Source: an uncultured Porphyromonas sp. (GTDB lineage: Bacteria; Bacteroidota; Bacteroidia; Bacteroidales; Porphyromonadaceae). From it: a stretch of 64,000 nucleotides of DNA. Every line of letters begins with the position of its first letter. Positions within the stretch are counted from its first letter, which is position 1. This document shows positions 1 to 9,459 of the stretch, one piece after another. The position numbers and the translations under genes were made by a program. The notes below the pieces were generated by a model that had not been told where the DNA came from, ran no database searches, and saw only the letters and a program-made list of their open reading frames with translations. The stretch lies in NCBI GenBank assembly GCA_964535945.1, contig CAZHWP010000001.1, positions 36,230 to 100,229 on the forward strand, given 5' to 3'.

Positions 1-158
1 TGAGTTCGCCCGACATCCGTGCAGGTATTGCCCTGCTTATTGCAGCGATGAGCGCCGAAGGTACTAGCATCATACACAATGTGGAGCAGATCGATCGTGG
101 CTATCAAAATATCGATAGCCGCTTGAATGCCCTCGGTGCTAGAATCTCTCGCCTCTAA
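1..158 (+). CDS. murA: UDP-N-acetylglucosamine 1-carboxyvinyltransferase, 3' end (truncated by window start)
   Basis: Manual translation from nt 3 gives [51 protein letters not shown], the MurA C-terminal D(I/L)RAG...IDRGY motif. TAA at 156-158. Confidence 0.93.
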   Translation, partial: SSPDIRAGIALLIAAMSAEGTSIIHNVEQIDRGYQNIDSRLNALGARISRL

Positions 159-196
159 GTCGATACTCTACTCTTTTGCTGCACGAACTTTACCTT

Positions 197-721
197 ATGA
201 TCAACAAAATTGATTACCTGCCTATCGGGAGCATAGGCAAAGCGCATGGCGTTAGTGGCGAATGCAACGCACGCCTCACAGTCGACCTTTCGCCTCTCAT
301 GGAAGAGGGAGAGGAGCCTCTGTTCCTTTTCTTTGAGATCGATGGACTCTTGGTCCCCTTTCGACTTTTGAGCTATCGCGACAAAGGAGCCGACGCTAGT
401 TTGCTTGGATTCAAAGGGGTAGACACAAAAGAGGAGGCTGAACGCTACCTTGGCGTGCAACTATTTCTGCACCGCGACTATCTGGCCGATGAAGAGGACG
501 AGCTGTCGCTCGACCTTTTGCGAGGCTATTCACTTAGCGACCAGCATGGCCAGCCGCTCGGCACGGTGATCGATATCGACGAAAGTACGCTCAATACCTT
601 ATTGCTAATACGCAACTTCGAGGGAGAAGAGCTTCTGATTCCATTCGCCGATGAGTTAATTGTACATCTCGATAAAGCCAATCGGAGCCTTGCTCTCAAT
701 ATCCCAGACGGACTACTATAA
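197..721 (+). CDS. rimM: 16S rRNA processing protein RimM
   Basis: IGSIGKAHGVSGE N-terminal motif and a C-terminal PRC barrel (LLIPFADELIV...IPDGLL). ATG at 197 preferred over TTG at 176. Confidence 0.92.
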   Translation: MINKIDYLPIGSIGKAHGVSGECNARLTVDLSPLMEEGEEPLFLFFEIDGLLVPFRLLSYRDKGADASLLGFKGVDTKEEAERYLGVQLFLHRDYLADEEDELSLDLLRGYSLSDQHGQPLGTVIDIDESTLNTLLLIRNFEGEELLIPFADELIVHLDKANRSLALNIPDGLL

Positions 722-1882
722 ATGTCAGAGAAGAAATCATTAGCTATCCTTGGCTCTACGGGTTCTATCGGTACGCAGGCCCTCGATATTGTAAGGGCCA
801 ATAGCGATCTGTTCGATATCGTCTCACTTACTGCTGGCTCCAATGCCGATTTGCTCATCGAGCAAGCGCTGGAGTTTATGCCCGATACGGTGGTAATTGC
901 CAACGAAAGTCTGTACAGCAAGGTGCGAGATGCCTTGCAGCACTTGCCTATCAAGGTCTGGGCAGGAAGTGAAGCTGTGGCAGATGCCGCTGCTTTGCCC
1001 GATGTCGATCTGGTATTGGCTGCATTGGTAGGATATAGTGGCTTGCGCCCCACACTCCGTGCCTTAGAGGCCGAGAAGATTGTAGCGCTCGCCAATAAAG
1101 AGTCTTTGGTCGTAGCTGGAAAATTGGTGATGCAGGCATCCGCACGCCATAGAGTGCCCATTATCCCCGTCGATTCCGAACATTCTGCCATTCTGCAGTG
1201 TATGATTGGCGAGTCACAGCGTCCCGAAAAGCTGATTCTTACAGCTTCGGGTGGCCCATTCCTGCACAAAAGTGCCGAAGAGCTCAAGGCCGTAACGCCA
1301 CAGCAGGCGCTTGCTCACCCCAATTGGAGCATGGGTGCCAAGGTAAGTATCGATTCGGCTTCGCTCATGAATAAAGGCTTCGAAATGATCGAAGCACGTT
1401 GGCTATTCGATATGCAAGCGCACGAGATCGATATACTTATCCATCCTCAGAGCATCGTGCACTCCATGGTACAATATGCCGATGGCTCGGTAAAGGCACA
1501 GCTCGGAATCCCCGATATGCGCTTGCCGATTGGCTACGCCTTAGGTCTGGGCAATCGGGTTGCAAACGAGTATCCACGCCTCGACTTCCTTGCTACGCCA
1601 CTCAGCTTCGAAAAGCCAGATATGCAGCGCTTCCCCAATCTGGGCTACGCCTTCGAGGCTATTCGCCAAGATGGCAATATGCCTTGCGCACTCAATGCTG
1701 CCAACGAGGTAGCTGTAGAAGCATTCTTGCAGCATCGTCTTGCCTTTGTTGACATGAGTGGATTGATAGCCGACACCCTAGCCGCAACAGAGCATATCAA
1801 AGAGCCTACGCTCGACGAACTGATTGCCACCGATGGCGAGAGTCGCCGATTGGCTTCCGAGCTACTTGGCAAGTATTCTTGA
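722..1882 (+). CDS. dxr: 1-deoxy-D-xylulose-5-phosphate reductoisomerase
   Basis: ILGSTGSIG, LALANKESLV, PVDSEHSA, HPNWSMG and NAANEVAV motifs. Confidence 0.97.
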   Translation: MSEKKSLAILGSTGSIGTQALDIVRANSDLFDIVSLTAGSNADLLIEQALEFMPDTVVIANESLYSKVRDALQHLPIKVWAGSEAVADAAALPDVDLVLAALVGYSGLRPTLRALEAEKIVALANKESLVVAGKLVMQASARHRVPIIPVDSEHSAILQCMIGESQRPEKLILTASGGPFLHKSAEELKAVTPQQALAHPNWSMGAKVSIDSASLMNKGFEMIEARWLFDMQAHEIDILIHPQSIVHSMVQYADGSVKAQLGIPDMRLPIGYALGLGNRVANEYPRLDFLATPLSFEKPDMQRFPNLGYAFEAIRQDGNMPCALNAANEVAVEAFLQHRLAFVDMSGLIADTLAATEHIKEPTLDELIATDGESRRLASELLGKYS

Positions 1883-1926
1883 TCTAATTCTCCACTCTCC
1901 TTTCTGTCTATTATTCTTGCATCTGT

Positions 1927-3945
1927 ATGAGTTTCGAACTAATATCCCGCTTTAAGCCCACTGGCGATCAGCCCGAAGCAATACGCCAATTGGTAGAAGG
2001 ACTTCAGATGCAACTGCCTGCCCAAACGCTACTCGGTGTAACGGGCTCGGGCAAAACCTTCACCATAGCCAATGTGCTGAAGGAGATCAATAAACCGACC
2101 TTGGTGATTAGTCACAATAAGACCCTTGCTGCCCAGCTCTATGCCGAGTTTAAGGCTTTCTTTCCCCACAATGCCGTAGAGTACTTTGTGAGCTACTACG
2201 ATTACTACCAGCCCGAGGCTTATCTGCCCACTAGCGATACCTATATCGAAAAGGATATGGCTATCAATGACGAAATTGAGAAGCTGCGTCTTCGTGCTAC
2301 GGCTTCCTTGCTCTCGGGTCGCAACGATGTGTTGGTAGTCAGCTCCGTCTCATGCCTTTATGGTATGGCAGATCCTCGTGCCTTCGCCGAGAAAGTGATT
2401 TCCCTAAGGCAAGGCGATTTCGTAAAGCGCGATGAATTCATCCGCCAATTAGTAGAGGCTTATTATGTGAATAATAAGGTGGACTTTGCAAGTGGAATGT
2501 TTCGTGTCAATGGCGATACGGTCGATGTCTTTCCTGCCATCGAGGGCTACGATGGTGTGGCCTATCGCATAGAGTTTTGGGATACGGAGGTGGAGCGACT
2601 CAGCTGCTTCGATCCGATTACTGGCCGCGAGATTGGCCCCCTTAGCAATCTGCAGATTCATCCTGCCAATCTATTCGTTACTACTCCCGAGCAAGTTTCT
2701 CGTGCGCTCAATAATATAAAGATCGACCTAGCCAATCAGCGCGAGTTTCTCGAGCGTGATGGCAAAGGCTTCGAAGCGAAGCGCCTCTCGGAGCGTGTCT
2801 CCTACGATGTAGAGATGATTAAAGCGCTGGGCTACTGCTCGGGTATCGAAAACTATTCGCGCTACTTCGATGGACGTGATGCTGGCGAAAGGCCTTACTG
2901 CCTGCTCGATTATTTCCCCGAAGATTTCCTCGTTGTAATAGACGAAAGCCACGTCTGTGTGCCTCAGATACGTGCCATGTATGGAGGTGACCGTATGCGC
3001 AAGGAGAATCTGGTAAACTTTGGCTTCCGTCTGCCAGCGGCTCTCGATAATAGACCTCTCCAATACGAAGAGTTCGAGGCGCTTACGCCACAAACAATCT
3101 ACGTGAGTGCTACACCAGCCGACTTCGAGCTGATGCGTAGTGAGGGAATCGTAGTAGAGCAGATCATCCGTCCTACTGGTCTGCTCGATCCTGTCATCGA
3201 GCTACGACCCTCTATGCTGCAGGTCGATGACCTCATGGAAGAGATTGCAAAGTGCAAGGAGCAAGGCGATAGGGTATTGGTTACCACCCTTACTAAACGT
3301 ATGGCAGAGGAGTTGTGCGATTATTTCTTACGCCACGATATTGCTGCGAGCTATATTCATAGCGATGTGGTAACGCTCGAGCGAGTGAAGATCATGGAAG
3401 ATCTACGCAAAGGCGTTTACGATGTATTGATAGGTGTGAACCTACTGCGCGAGGGGCTCGACCTGCCCGAGGTGGCTCTCGTAGCTATACTCGATGCCGA
3501 TAAGGAAGGCTTCCTTCGTAGCCACCGCTCGCTCACACAGACCGTGGGGCGTGCAGCTCGTAACCTGCGGGGTAGGGTGATCTTCTATGCCGATAAGGTA
3601 ACTGAAAGTATGCGCCTTACGATGGAGGAGACCAACCGTCGCAGAGAGAAACAACTCGCCTACAATGAGGCGCATGGTATATCGCCGCAGCAGATCGTCA
3701 AGAACAGCGTTGCCATCTGGAGCCGCGATGCCGAAGTGCAAACAGCCGAAGCTGGTGCTTACGTCGAAAAAGCGGTGCTCGCTGCTGCAGATCCCTTGGT
3801 GGCCTACCTCGATAAACCTAAGTTGGAAGCGCTTATAGCACAAACCAAAAAAGCGATGCTGGCAGCAGCCAAAGAGCTCGACTTTATGGAAGCTGCTCGA
3901 CTCCGCGACGAGCTACAAGCCCTCGAAGCACGCCTCAACTCCTAA
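1927..3945 (+). CDS. uvrB: Excinuclease ABC subunit B
   Basis: GVTGSGKT Walker A, YYDYYQPEAY beta-hairpin, DESH, GRAARN and a C-terminal UVR domain. Confidence 0.98.
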   Translation: MSFELISRFKPTGDQPEAIRQLVEGLQMQLPAQTLLGVTGSGKTFTIANVLKEINKPTLVISHNKTLAAQLYAEFKAFFPHNAVEYFVSYYDYYQPEAYLPTSDTYIEKDMAINDEIEKLRLRATASLLSGRNDVLVVSSVSCLYGMADPRAFAEKVISLRQGDFVKRDEFIRQLVEAYYVNNKVDFASGMFRVNGDTVDVFPAIEGYDGVAYRIEFWDTEVERLSCFDPITGREIGPLSNLQIHPANLFVTTPEQVSRALNNIKIDLANQREFLERDGKGFEAKRLSERVSYDVEMIKALGYCSGIENYSRYFDGRDAGERPYCLLDYFPEDFLVVIDESHVCVPQIRAMYGGDRMRKENLVNFGFRLPAALDNRPLQYEEFEALTPQTIYVSATPADFELMRSEGIVVEQIIRPTGLLDPVIELRPSMLQVDDLMEEIAKCKEQGDRVLVTTLTKRMAEELCDYFLRHDIAASYIHSDVVTLERVKIMEDLRKGVYDVLIGVNLLREGLDLPEVALVAILDADKEGFLRSHRSLTQTVGRAARNLRGRVIFYADKVTESMRLTMEETNRRREKQLAYNEAHGISPQQIVKNSVAIWSRDAEVQTAEAGAYVEKAVLAAADPLVAYLDKPKLEALIAQTKKAMLAAAKELDFMEAARLRDELQALEARLNS

Positions 3946-4059
3946 GCCGTATACGCTATTTAGGAGCAGACGCCTTGTTAAAGTCCAGAAATACATATTC
4001 CCCCGCCAATCATCATCCCTCAGAGAGGCTGCTTCCCGTTTCTATCAAGTCGTTTACGC

Positions 4060-4130
4060 TACATTTGTTTTGATCACGCAAACTCTTCTACTTGCGTATA
4101 AAAAATATTGTTCGTAATATTGCGAACAAT
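4060..4130 (+). promoter_or_regulatory. ars operon promoter (-7 TACATTTG at 4060-4067) and putative ArsR operator (4107-4130)
   Basis: Matches the Bacteroidetes TAnnTTTG consensus. attgttcgtaat/attgcgaacaat is a 24-bp palindrome with one mismatched pair, 10 nt upstream of the arsR ATG. Confidence 0.65.
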
Positions 4131-4140
4131 GTCTAGGCGT

Positions 4141-4449
4141 ATGAAAATGAATTATAGCGAAGAGCAAGAGCAGTTGGCTCGTTTCTCCAAAGCATTGGCA
4201 CATCCTGCTCGCATTGCCATACTTGAATTCTTGACACTACAAGAGACCTGCTTCTTTGGCGAGATACACGAAGTGCTGCCCATTGCCAAAGCAACTGTTT
4301 CTCAGCACTTGACAGAATTGAAGTCGGCAGGGCTCATTCAAGGGGAGATCATTCCTCCCAAAGTGAAGTACTGTATCAACAGAGCAAACTGGGCTTTGGC
4401 CAAAGAGTTATTCGACGATTTGCTCGCCAAAGCTCTTCCTAAAGAGTAA
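4141..4449 (+). CDS. arsR: ArsR/SmtB family transcriptional repressor
   Basis: FSKALAHPARIAIL...ATVSQHLTELKSAGLI winged HTH. First gene of the ars cluster. Confidence 0.88.
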   Translation: MKMNYSEEQEQLARFSKALAHPARIAILEFLTLQETCFFGEIHEVLPIAKATVSQHLTELKSAGLIQGEIIPPKVKYCINRANWALAKELFDDLLAKALPKE

Positions 4450-4455
4450 TTGCCT

Positions 4456-4872
4456 ATGCAAGTAACGGTTTTAGTCTTATGTACAGGCAATAGCTGCCGT
4501 AGCCAGATTGCCGAGGCTTATCTGCGCCACTTTGCTGGCGATAAGGCTCGCATCTTTAGTGCCGGAGTAGAGGCTCATGGTGTAAATCCGTGGGCGATAG
4601 CGACGATGCAAGAGGATGGAATCGATATCTCTGCTCATCGCTCCAAGCTGATTGATGAGCTGGATATGAGCGACTTCGATTACGTCATTAGCGTTTGCGA
4701 TAAGGCTCGCGAACGCTGCCCCCTCATGCCTGCAAAAGTGAAGATGCTGCATCATAGTTTTCCCGATCCAGCTACTGCTTCTGGTAGCGATGCCATGATT
4801 GCAAATGAGTTTCGTAGGGTAAGGGAGCAAATAAAGAGCTATTGTCAAGACTTCGTGAAGGAGTATTTGTAG
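4456..4872 (+). CDS. arsC: Arsenate reductase, thioredoxin-coupled (LMW-PTP fold)
   Basis: CTGNSCRS P-loop, the VCDKARERCP redox Cys pair and FPDP. Confidence 0.9.
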   Translation: MQVTVLVLCTGNSCRSQIAEAYLRHFAGDKARIFSAGVEAHGVNPWAIATMQEDGIDISAHRSKLIDELDMSDFDYVISVCDKARERCPLMPAKVKMLHHSFPDPATASGSDAMIANEFRRVREQIKSYCQDFVKEYL

Positions 4873-4927
4873 TCTCATCCCAAGAGAAGCTTCTATCGAA
4901 TCATTCCTAATCCAATCTATAGAAATC

Positions 4928-5365
4928 ATGATTAAAAATCTCATTCTCTCCCTGCTGGCAGCTGCATTTTTCTTTAGCTGCACAGCTCCAAGTTCAAAGG
5001 ATGCATCAAGCTCGGACTCTACTGCCATAGCAAGTCAGCAAAGCGAAGCGGCCGACCTGGTGCGTGTCTATTACTTTCACGGCAAGCAACGCTGCAAGAC
5101 CTGTTTGGCCGTCGAGAAGCTGGCACGTGAGACGGTTTCAAAAAACTTTACCGATACAAGCAAAGTGCGTTTTATGGAGATCAATACCAGCGACAAGGAA
5201 CAGCAGGGCTTGGTCGAGAAGTATCAAATAACTTGGAACGCCCTCATCGTTGCTCGTGCCGAGGAGGCGGTCGATCTTACCGAAAAAGCTTTTGCAACAG
5301 CCGTAAATCAACCCGAGGAACTCGAGTCGCTACTGCTAGAGACCATAAATAGTTTACAAGACTAA
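4928..5365 (+). CDS. ArsF-like thioredoxin-fold lipoprotein (nitrophenyl compound nitroreductase subunit family)
   Basis: Lipobox FFFSC and VYYFHGKQRCKTC (CxxC). Lies next to an ArsG-like permease. Confidence 0.7.
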   Translation: MIKNLILSLLAAAFFFSCTAPSSKDASSSDSTAIASQQSEAADLVRVYYFHGKQRCKTCLAVEKLARETVSKNFTDTSKVRFMEINTSDKEQQGLVEKYQITWNALIVARAEEAVDLTEKAFATAVNQPEELESLLLETINSLQD

Positions 5366-5370
5366 GCACG

Positions 5371-6075
5371 ATGGAGTGGCTACAGGCTTTAGTAGATACA
5401 TGCAAAGGTGATCTGCCGCTATTGGCTGCCTTTGCACTGGGGCTGATGATGGCGCTGAGCCCTTGTCCTTTGGCTACGAATATCACAGCTACTGCTTATC
5501 TCAGTAAGGATATCTCCGAGAAGGGCAAAGTGCTAGCTCTGGGGCTGCTATATACCCTAGGACGAATGTTTAGCTATTCGGCACTCGGCTTGCTTTTTTA
5601 CTTCGGTGCAAGCCAGTTTAAGGTATCTCAAATCCTCCAAGGCGTTGGAGGACTCTGGTTGGGGCTTGCCCTTATAATAGCTGGTATTCTCATGCTCGAT
5701 CTAATAAAAGTGCAGATCCCTTGGCTCGACAAGTTGCAGCCTCGTATCGCCGAGGGGAAACAAGGCTCGAGCTATTGGAGCGCTTTCTTCATGGGGCTCA
5801 TCTTTGCCTTGGCTTTCTGCCCCTTTAGCGGGGTGCTTTATTTCGGAGTACTTATCCCTATGACTCTGGCATCACCCTCGGGCTTGCTTTTGCCTCCCGT
5901 CTTTGCTTTTGCTACGGGCTTGCCCGTTATGCTCTTTGCTTGGCTTATGGCCTATAGCATGGCGAGTATAGGCTCTTTTTACAATCGGCTCAAGAGCTTC
6001 GAGCGCTACTTCAAGCGTATCGTAGCCCTACTCTTTATCTTGGTAGGCATCTACTACCTATACATTAACCTCTGA
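5371..6075 (+). CDS. ArsG-like aromatic aminoarsenical efflux permease (CcdA/DsbD TM fold)
   Basis: LSPCPLATNI and LAFCPFSG Cys motifs in a multi-TM protein within the ars cluster. Confidence 0.72.
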   Translation: MEWLQALVDTCKGDLPLLAAFALGLMMALSPCPLATNITATAYLSKDISEKGKVLALGLLYTLGRMFSYSALGLLFYFGASQFKVSQILQGVGGLWLGLALIIAGILMLDLIKVQIPWLDKLQPRIAEGKQGSSYWSAFFMGLIFALAFCPFSGVLYFGVLIPMTLASPSGLLLPPVFAFATGLPVMLFAWLMAYSMASIGSFYNRLKSFERYFKRIVALLFILVGIYYLYINL

Positions 6076-6087
6076 AAAAAATAGAAC

Positions 6088-6324
6088 ATGATGGAAATAA
6101 AAGTATTAGGCCCCGGCTGTGCCAAATGCAATGCTACGATGCAGCTACTCGAGCGAGTGATTGCCGAAAACGGAATCGATGCTAAGCTCGAAAAGGTCGA
6201 AGATATCATGCAGATCATGCAGTACAATGTGATGGCTACTCCTGCCGTGCTGGTAGATGGGGTGCTGAAAATCAAAGGTCGTGTGCCCAGCGAGAAGGAA
6301 ATTAAAGAAATCCTTGGACTCTAA
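6088..6324 (+). CDS. Small thioredoxin-family protein (MTH895/ArsE-like)
   Basis: IKVLGPGCAKC and ATPAVLVDG motifs; 78 aa. Confidence 0.85.
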   Translation: MMEIKVLGPGCAKCNATMQLLERVIAENGIDAKLEKVEDIMQIMQYNVMATPAVLVDGVLKIKGRVPSEKEIKEILGL

Positions 6325-6375
6325 GCCCAATTGCCGCAATACTTCCCAAGCTATCGCAGATAAAATCGTATGTAG

Positions 6376-7722
6376 ATGGAACTGAAAAAAGAATTGAAAA
6401 TCCTCTTTTGGATCGCTGCCGTTTTCTTATTGGCTTTCTTCTTGCCTATCGAGAGCAAGAGCTTCACGACGGCAATCACAGCTAGCCTCGATCTAGCCAA
6501 GTGGTATGCTCGCGAGCATGTCGTCATGTGTCTATTGCCTGCCTTCTTTATTGCTGGGGTGATAGCCGTATTTGTAAGTCAAGCTTCGGTGATTAAGTAC
6601 TTCGGTGCCAATGCCAAGAAGTGGCTGGCCTATTCCGTAGCAGCGGTGTCGGGTACGATACTGGCTATCTGCTCCTGCACCGTCTTGCCACTGTTTTCGA
6701 GTATTTACAAGCGTGGTGCAGGCTTAGGACCCGCCATCGCATTTCTCTATTCAGGGCCAGCTATCAGTGTGCTATCGATTATCCTTACAGCACGCATACT
6801 GGGTGCCGAGATGGGGATCGCTCGTAGCCTTGGAGCGGTGGGATTCTCTATTATCATTGGATTGACGATGTCTTTCATCTTCCGAAAGGAGGAGAAAGCG
6901 AAGCGCGAAGAGCAGATGAACTTCCCTGAAATGCCCGAGAAGAGGCCGGTACAACATACGGCTTTGCATTTCTTTGCTTTGGTGGGGATACTCGTCTTTG
7001 CCAATTGGGGTAGCCCTGCTGCCACAGATAGTACGAGCCTTTGGTATTACCTCTATACATTCAAATGGCCGATAACTGCTGGCTTTGCTCTTCTGCTATG
7101 CTACTCACTGGTGAGGATACTCAAGATCCGCTGGCAGTGGGTACTTCTGTCTGCTGCTGCTACGCTCCTTGCAGCACTGCTCTCGTACCATTTTGCAGTC
7201 AATCCTGTATTTGTCCCCATCATCCCTATGCTTGTGGCTATCGCTGCACTCAGTCTGATAACGCTGCTAGATAAAAGCGATGAAGACAATCGTGAATGGA
7301 CTCTCTCCTCTTGGGCTTTTGCCAAGCAGATCATGCCCTTGCTTGCTGTAGGGGTAGTGATTGCTGGATTTTTGCTTGGTTCTACACACGAAAGCACGTC
7401 CATTGCTGGAATCATTCCCAATGAATGGGTTAGTTGGGCTTTGGGGGGCAATTCGCTCTTCTCCAATTTCATGGCGAGCTTTGCCGGTGCCTTTATGTAT
7501 TTTGCCACTCTTACCGAAGTGCCCATCGTGCAGGGTTTGTTGGCCTCGGGTATGGGCAAGGGGCCTGCACTTGCACTTCTGCTTGCTGGTCCATCGGTTT
7601 CGCTGCCCAATCTCCTCGTAATTCGCTCTGTGATGGGTACCAAGAAGACGGTAGTTTTTGCTGCCTTGGTGGTGCTGATGGCCACGGCTACGGGGATGCT
7701 CTATGGTACGTTCTTTGCTTGA
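6376..7722 (+). CDS. arsP: ArsP/DUF318 family permease
   Basis: LAICSCTVLPLF, FLYSGPAI, MYFATLTEVPI and LLLAGPSVSLP motifs; multi-TM. Confidence 0.75.
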   Translation: MELKKELKILFWIAAVFLLAFFLPIESKSFTTAITASLDLAKWYAREHVVMCLLPAFFIAGVIAVFVSQASVIKYFGANAKKWLAYSVAAVSGTILAICSCTVLPLFSSIYKRGAGLGPAIAFLYSGPAISVLSIILTARILGAEMGIARSLGAVGFSIIIGLTMSFIFRKEEKAKREEQMNFPEMPEKRPVQHTALHFFALVGILVFANWGSPAATDSTSLWYYLYTFKWPITAGFALLLCYSLVRILKIRWQWVLLSAAATLLAALLSYHFAVNPVFVPIIPMLVAIAALSLITLLDKSDEDNREWTLSSWAFAKQIMPLLAVGVVIAGFLLGSTHESTSIAGIIPNEWVSWALGGNSLFSNFMASFAGAFMYFATLTEVPIVQGLLASGMGKGPALALLLAGPSVSLPNLLVIRSVMGTKKTVVFAALVVLMATATGMLYGTFFA

Positions 7723-7790
7723 GTACAGTGCTCACTCAGTTGCAGACCAAGTGAGGCGCTTGCTGGCTGCGGCTTGCTGGTGCGCCCGTG

Positions 7791-8120
7791 CTACTCGGGT
7801 AAGTAGATGATTTCGCCATTGTCGAGCTGATAGGCCGAGCCGATGCGTTTGCCCTTGCTGCCTTCTGTCGAGCTAGCTTCGTCCGAGGCTTTGTACTTCT
7901 CTATCTTTTCACCTTTCTTGATCAAGATCTCCATGTTTTCCTTGCCCGGATTCTTCACGATGCTGTAGTCTTCTTTGCTGAAGACCTCAGTCATATTAAA
8001 CTTCGTCACCAAAGCCACCATCAGGGCAAGGGCAAAGACCATCGCTACGTCGAAGAGGTTCGATACGAGCGAAGAGGGATCGATATCTTCCTCTACAAAT
8101 TGGCGTCGTACTTTCTTCAT
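7791..8120 (-). CDS. hmuV: DUF2149 protein, HmuV
   Basis: DPSSLVSNLFDVAMVFA...GSAYQLDNGEIIYLPE. Last gene of the hmu operon. Confidence 0.85.
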   Translation of the reverse strand: MKKVRRQFVEEDIDPSSLVSNLFDVAMVFALALMVALVTKFNMTEVFSKEDYSIVKNPGKENMEILIKKGEKIEKYKASDEASSTEGSKGKRIGSAYQLDNGEIIYLPE

Positions 8121-8692
8121 GATAGCCGCTCGTCAATATAGTCTAGCCAGATGAGGTCGTGCCGATTGTAATTGCGCATCACATGCAGCGACATATAGCC
8201 TACTGCCGAGGCAAACATCCCAATTACAGTTGTGGCAAAGGCTACTTGCATATTGTAGGCCATCTGAGCGATATCGCCCGAGGAGAGTCCTACCAAGGCG
8301 GGACCCATCGGTATGAGCGTACCCATCAAGCCAAGTATGGGGCCAAATTTGCTGAGCAACTTAGCCGAGCCTAAGCGACGCTCACTTTGCAGTTCGTACT
8401 GCCCGATGAGTAGTCGACGCTTCGTATCGTCGGCTTCCAAGACGCTAGCGATAGTACGTTCGAAGGGTGCTTGCGGATGTTTTTGAGCTTCAAGCAGCAG
8501 CGCTTCTTGGTCTAAGCCTTCGCCTTCGATTATTTGTGCAAAGGCCGCTTGCCTACGACGGTAGCTCTGCCACGAGCCGAAGAGGCTTCCGAGCATGAGC
8601 AATGCTTTGATAAAGAGGAAAATGAGTCCAGCTATTACGGGTACAAGCAGCCCGTTCGAGACCCAAAACATGAGGTTGGAGAGGAGGTTCAT
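8117..8692 (-). CDS. hmuU: MotA/TolQ/ExbB proton channel family protein, HmuU
   Basis: GPILGLMGTLIPMG...VAFATTVIG motif. Overlaps hmuV by 4 nt. Confidence 0.88.
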   Translation of the reverse strand: MNLLSNLMFWVSNGLLVPVIAGLIFLFIKALLMLGSLFGSWQSYRRRQAAFAQIIEGEGLDQEALLLEAQKHPQAPFERTIASVLEADDTKRRLLIGQYELQSERRLGSAKLLSKFGPILGLMGTLIPMGPALVGLSSGDIAQMAYNMQVAFATTVIGMFASAVGYMSLHVMRNYNRHDLIWLDYIDERLS

Positions 8693-8754
8693 CTCTATTT
8701 ACGATTCTATTTGATTAGTTCTGTTTGAATTATTAGTCGCTTCATCGGATCGCC

Positions 8755-9459
8755 TTATTGCTCTTGCTTTCGCTCTCTACTTGCCAAGCTGCGGCTCTGT
8801 ATGCGCTGCCATACTCGAGGTAGGCTGTATCCAATCAGAGCCATAGCTAGCAGGCCCAAGAGTAGCCATAGCGTCTGCCAGTAGTCGGTACGAGTAGCAA
8901 CACCCTGCACTGCCGATTCGGGATGTAATACCCCAGCTGCTACTACTAAGAGAAAGGTAGATAGCGAAAGCAATACCAAAGGCTCGCGTAGGCTCGCTCT
9001 ATCCATTCCTAGGAGGCGCCAAAGCTGTGGTGCCACTATGCTCGCTGTGCCCACTACCATCGCCATTGCGATGCTTACGCCCAGAAAGGAGTAGCCGGGT
9101 AGGTAGTAGAATAGCGAGAGTCGGATGTAAAACAGGCAGGGAAAGAAGAGCAAGGGGGGTAGCTACCGCATCCAGGTGCGCCAACTGCGTATAGACTGTG
9201 GGCGATTCGTGCATTTATAGACCACGTAGAGCAGGTCTAACATCACCAGGAGTGATATGTTGCTGAGGGCTTCGGGGGTGTAAAGAGCCGCTTCAATGTC
9301 GCCACGGCTTACTTCTTGCGTTAGTAGCTGTGCTACAGCTATAGCGAGCACATAAGCCAGTGCATGCAAGCAGCGCACGAGGAGGGTGCTGTGCAGCCCC
9401 TCCTCGATCAGATACTTTATTGCCCCCAAGAGAGCTAGGCTCAAAAGCAATTCTCTCAT
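8755..9459 (-). pseudogene. hmuT: HmuT-like membrane protein interrupted by an in-frame TAG (9163-9165)
   Basis: The ORFs 9163-9459 and 8755-9153 share one frame: ...tgg atg cgg TAG cta ccc ccc ttg ctc ttc... (WMR*LPPLLFFPCLFY). The joined product is ~234 aa, hydrophobic, and lies between hmuS and hmuU. Confidence 0.75.

Noticed and set aside
526-1287. 253-aa minus-strand ORF and the many other short antisense or overlapping ORFs in the track (e.g. 4477-5028, 7101-7685, 10956-11606, 28586-29236)
   Set aside because: They are shadows of well-supported genes on the other strand or frame and have no recognisable motifs.
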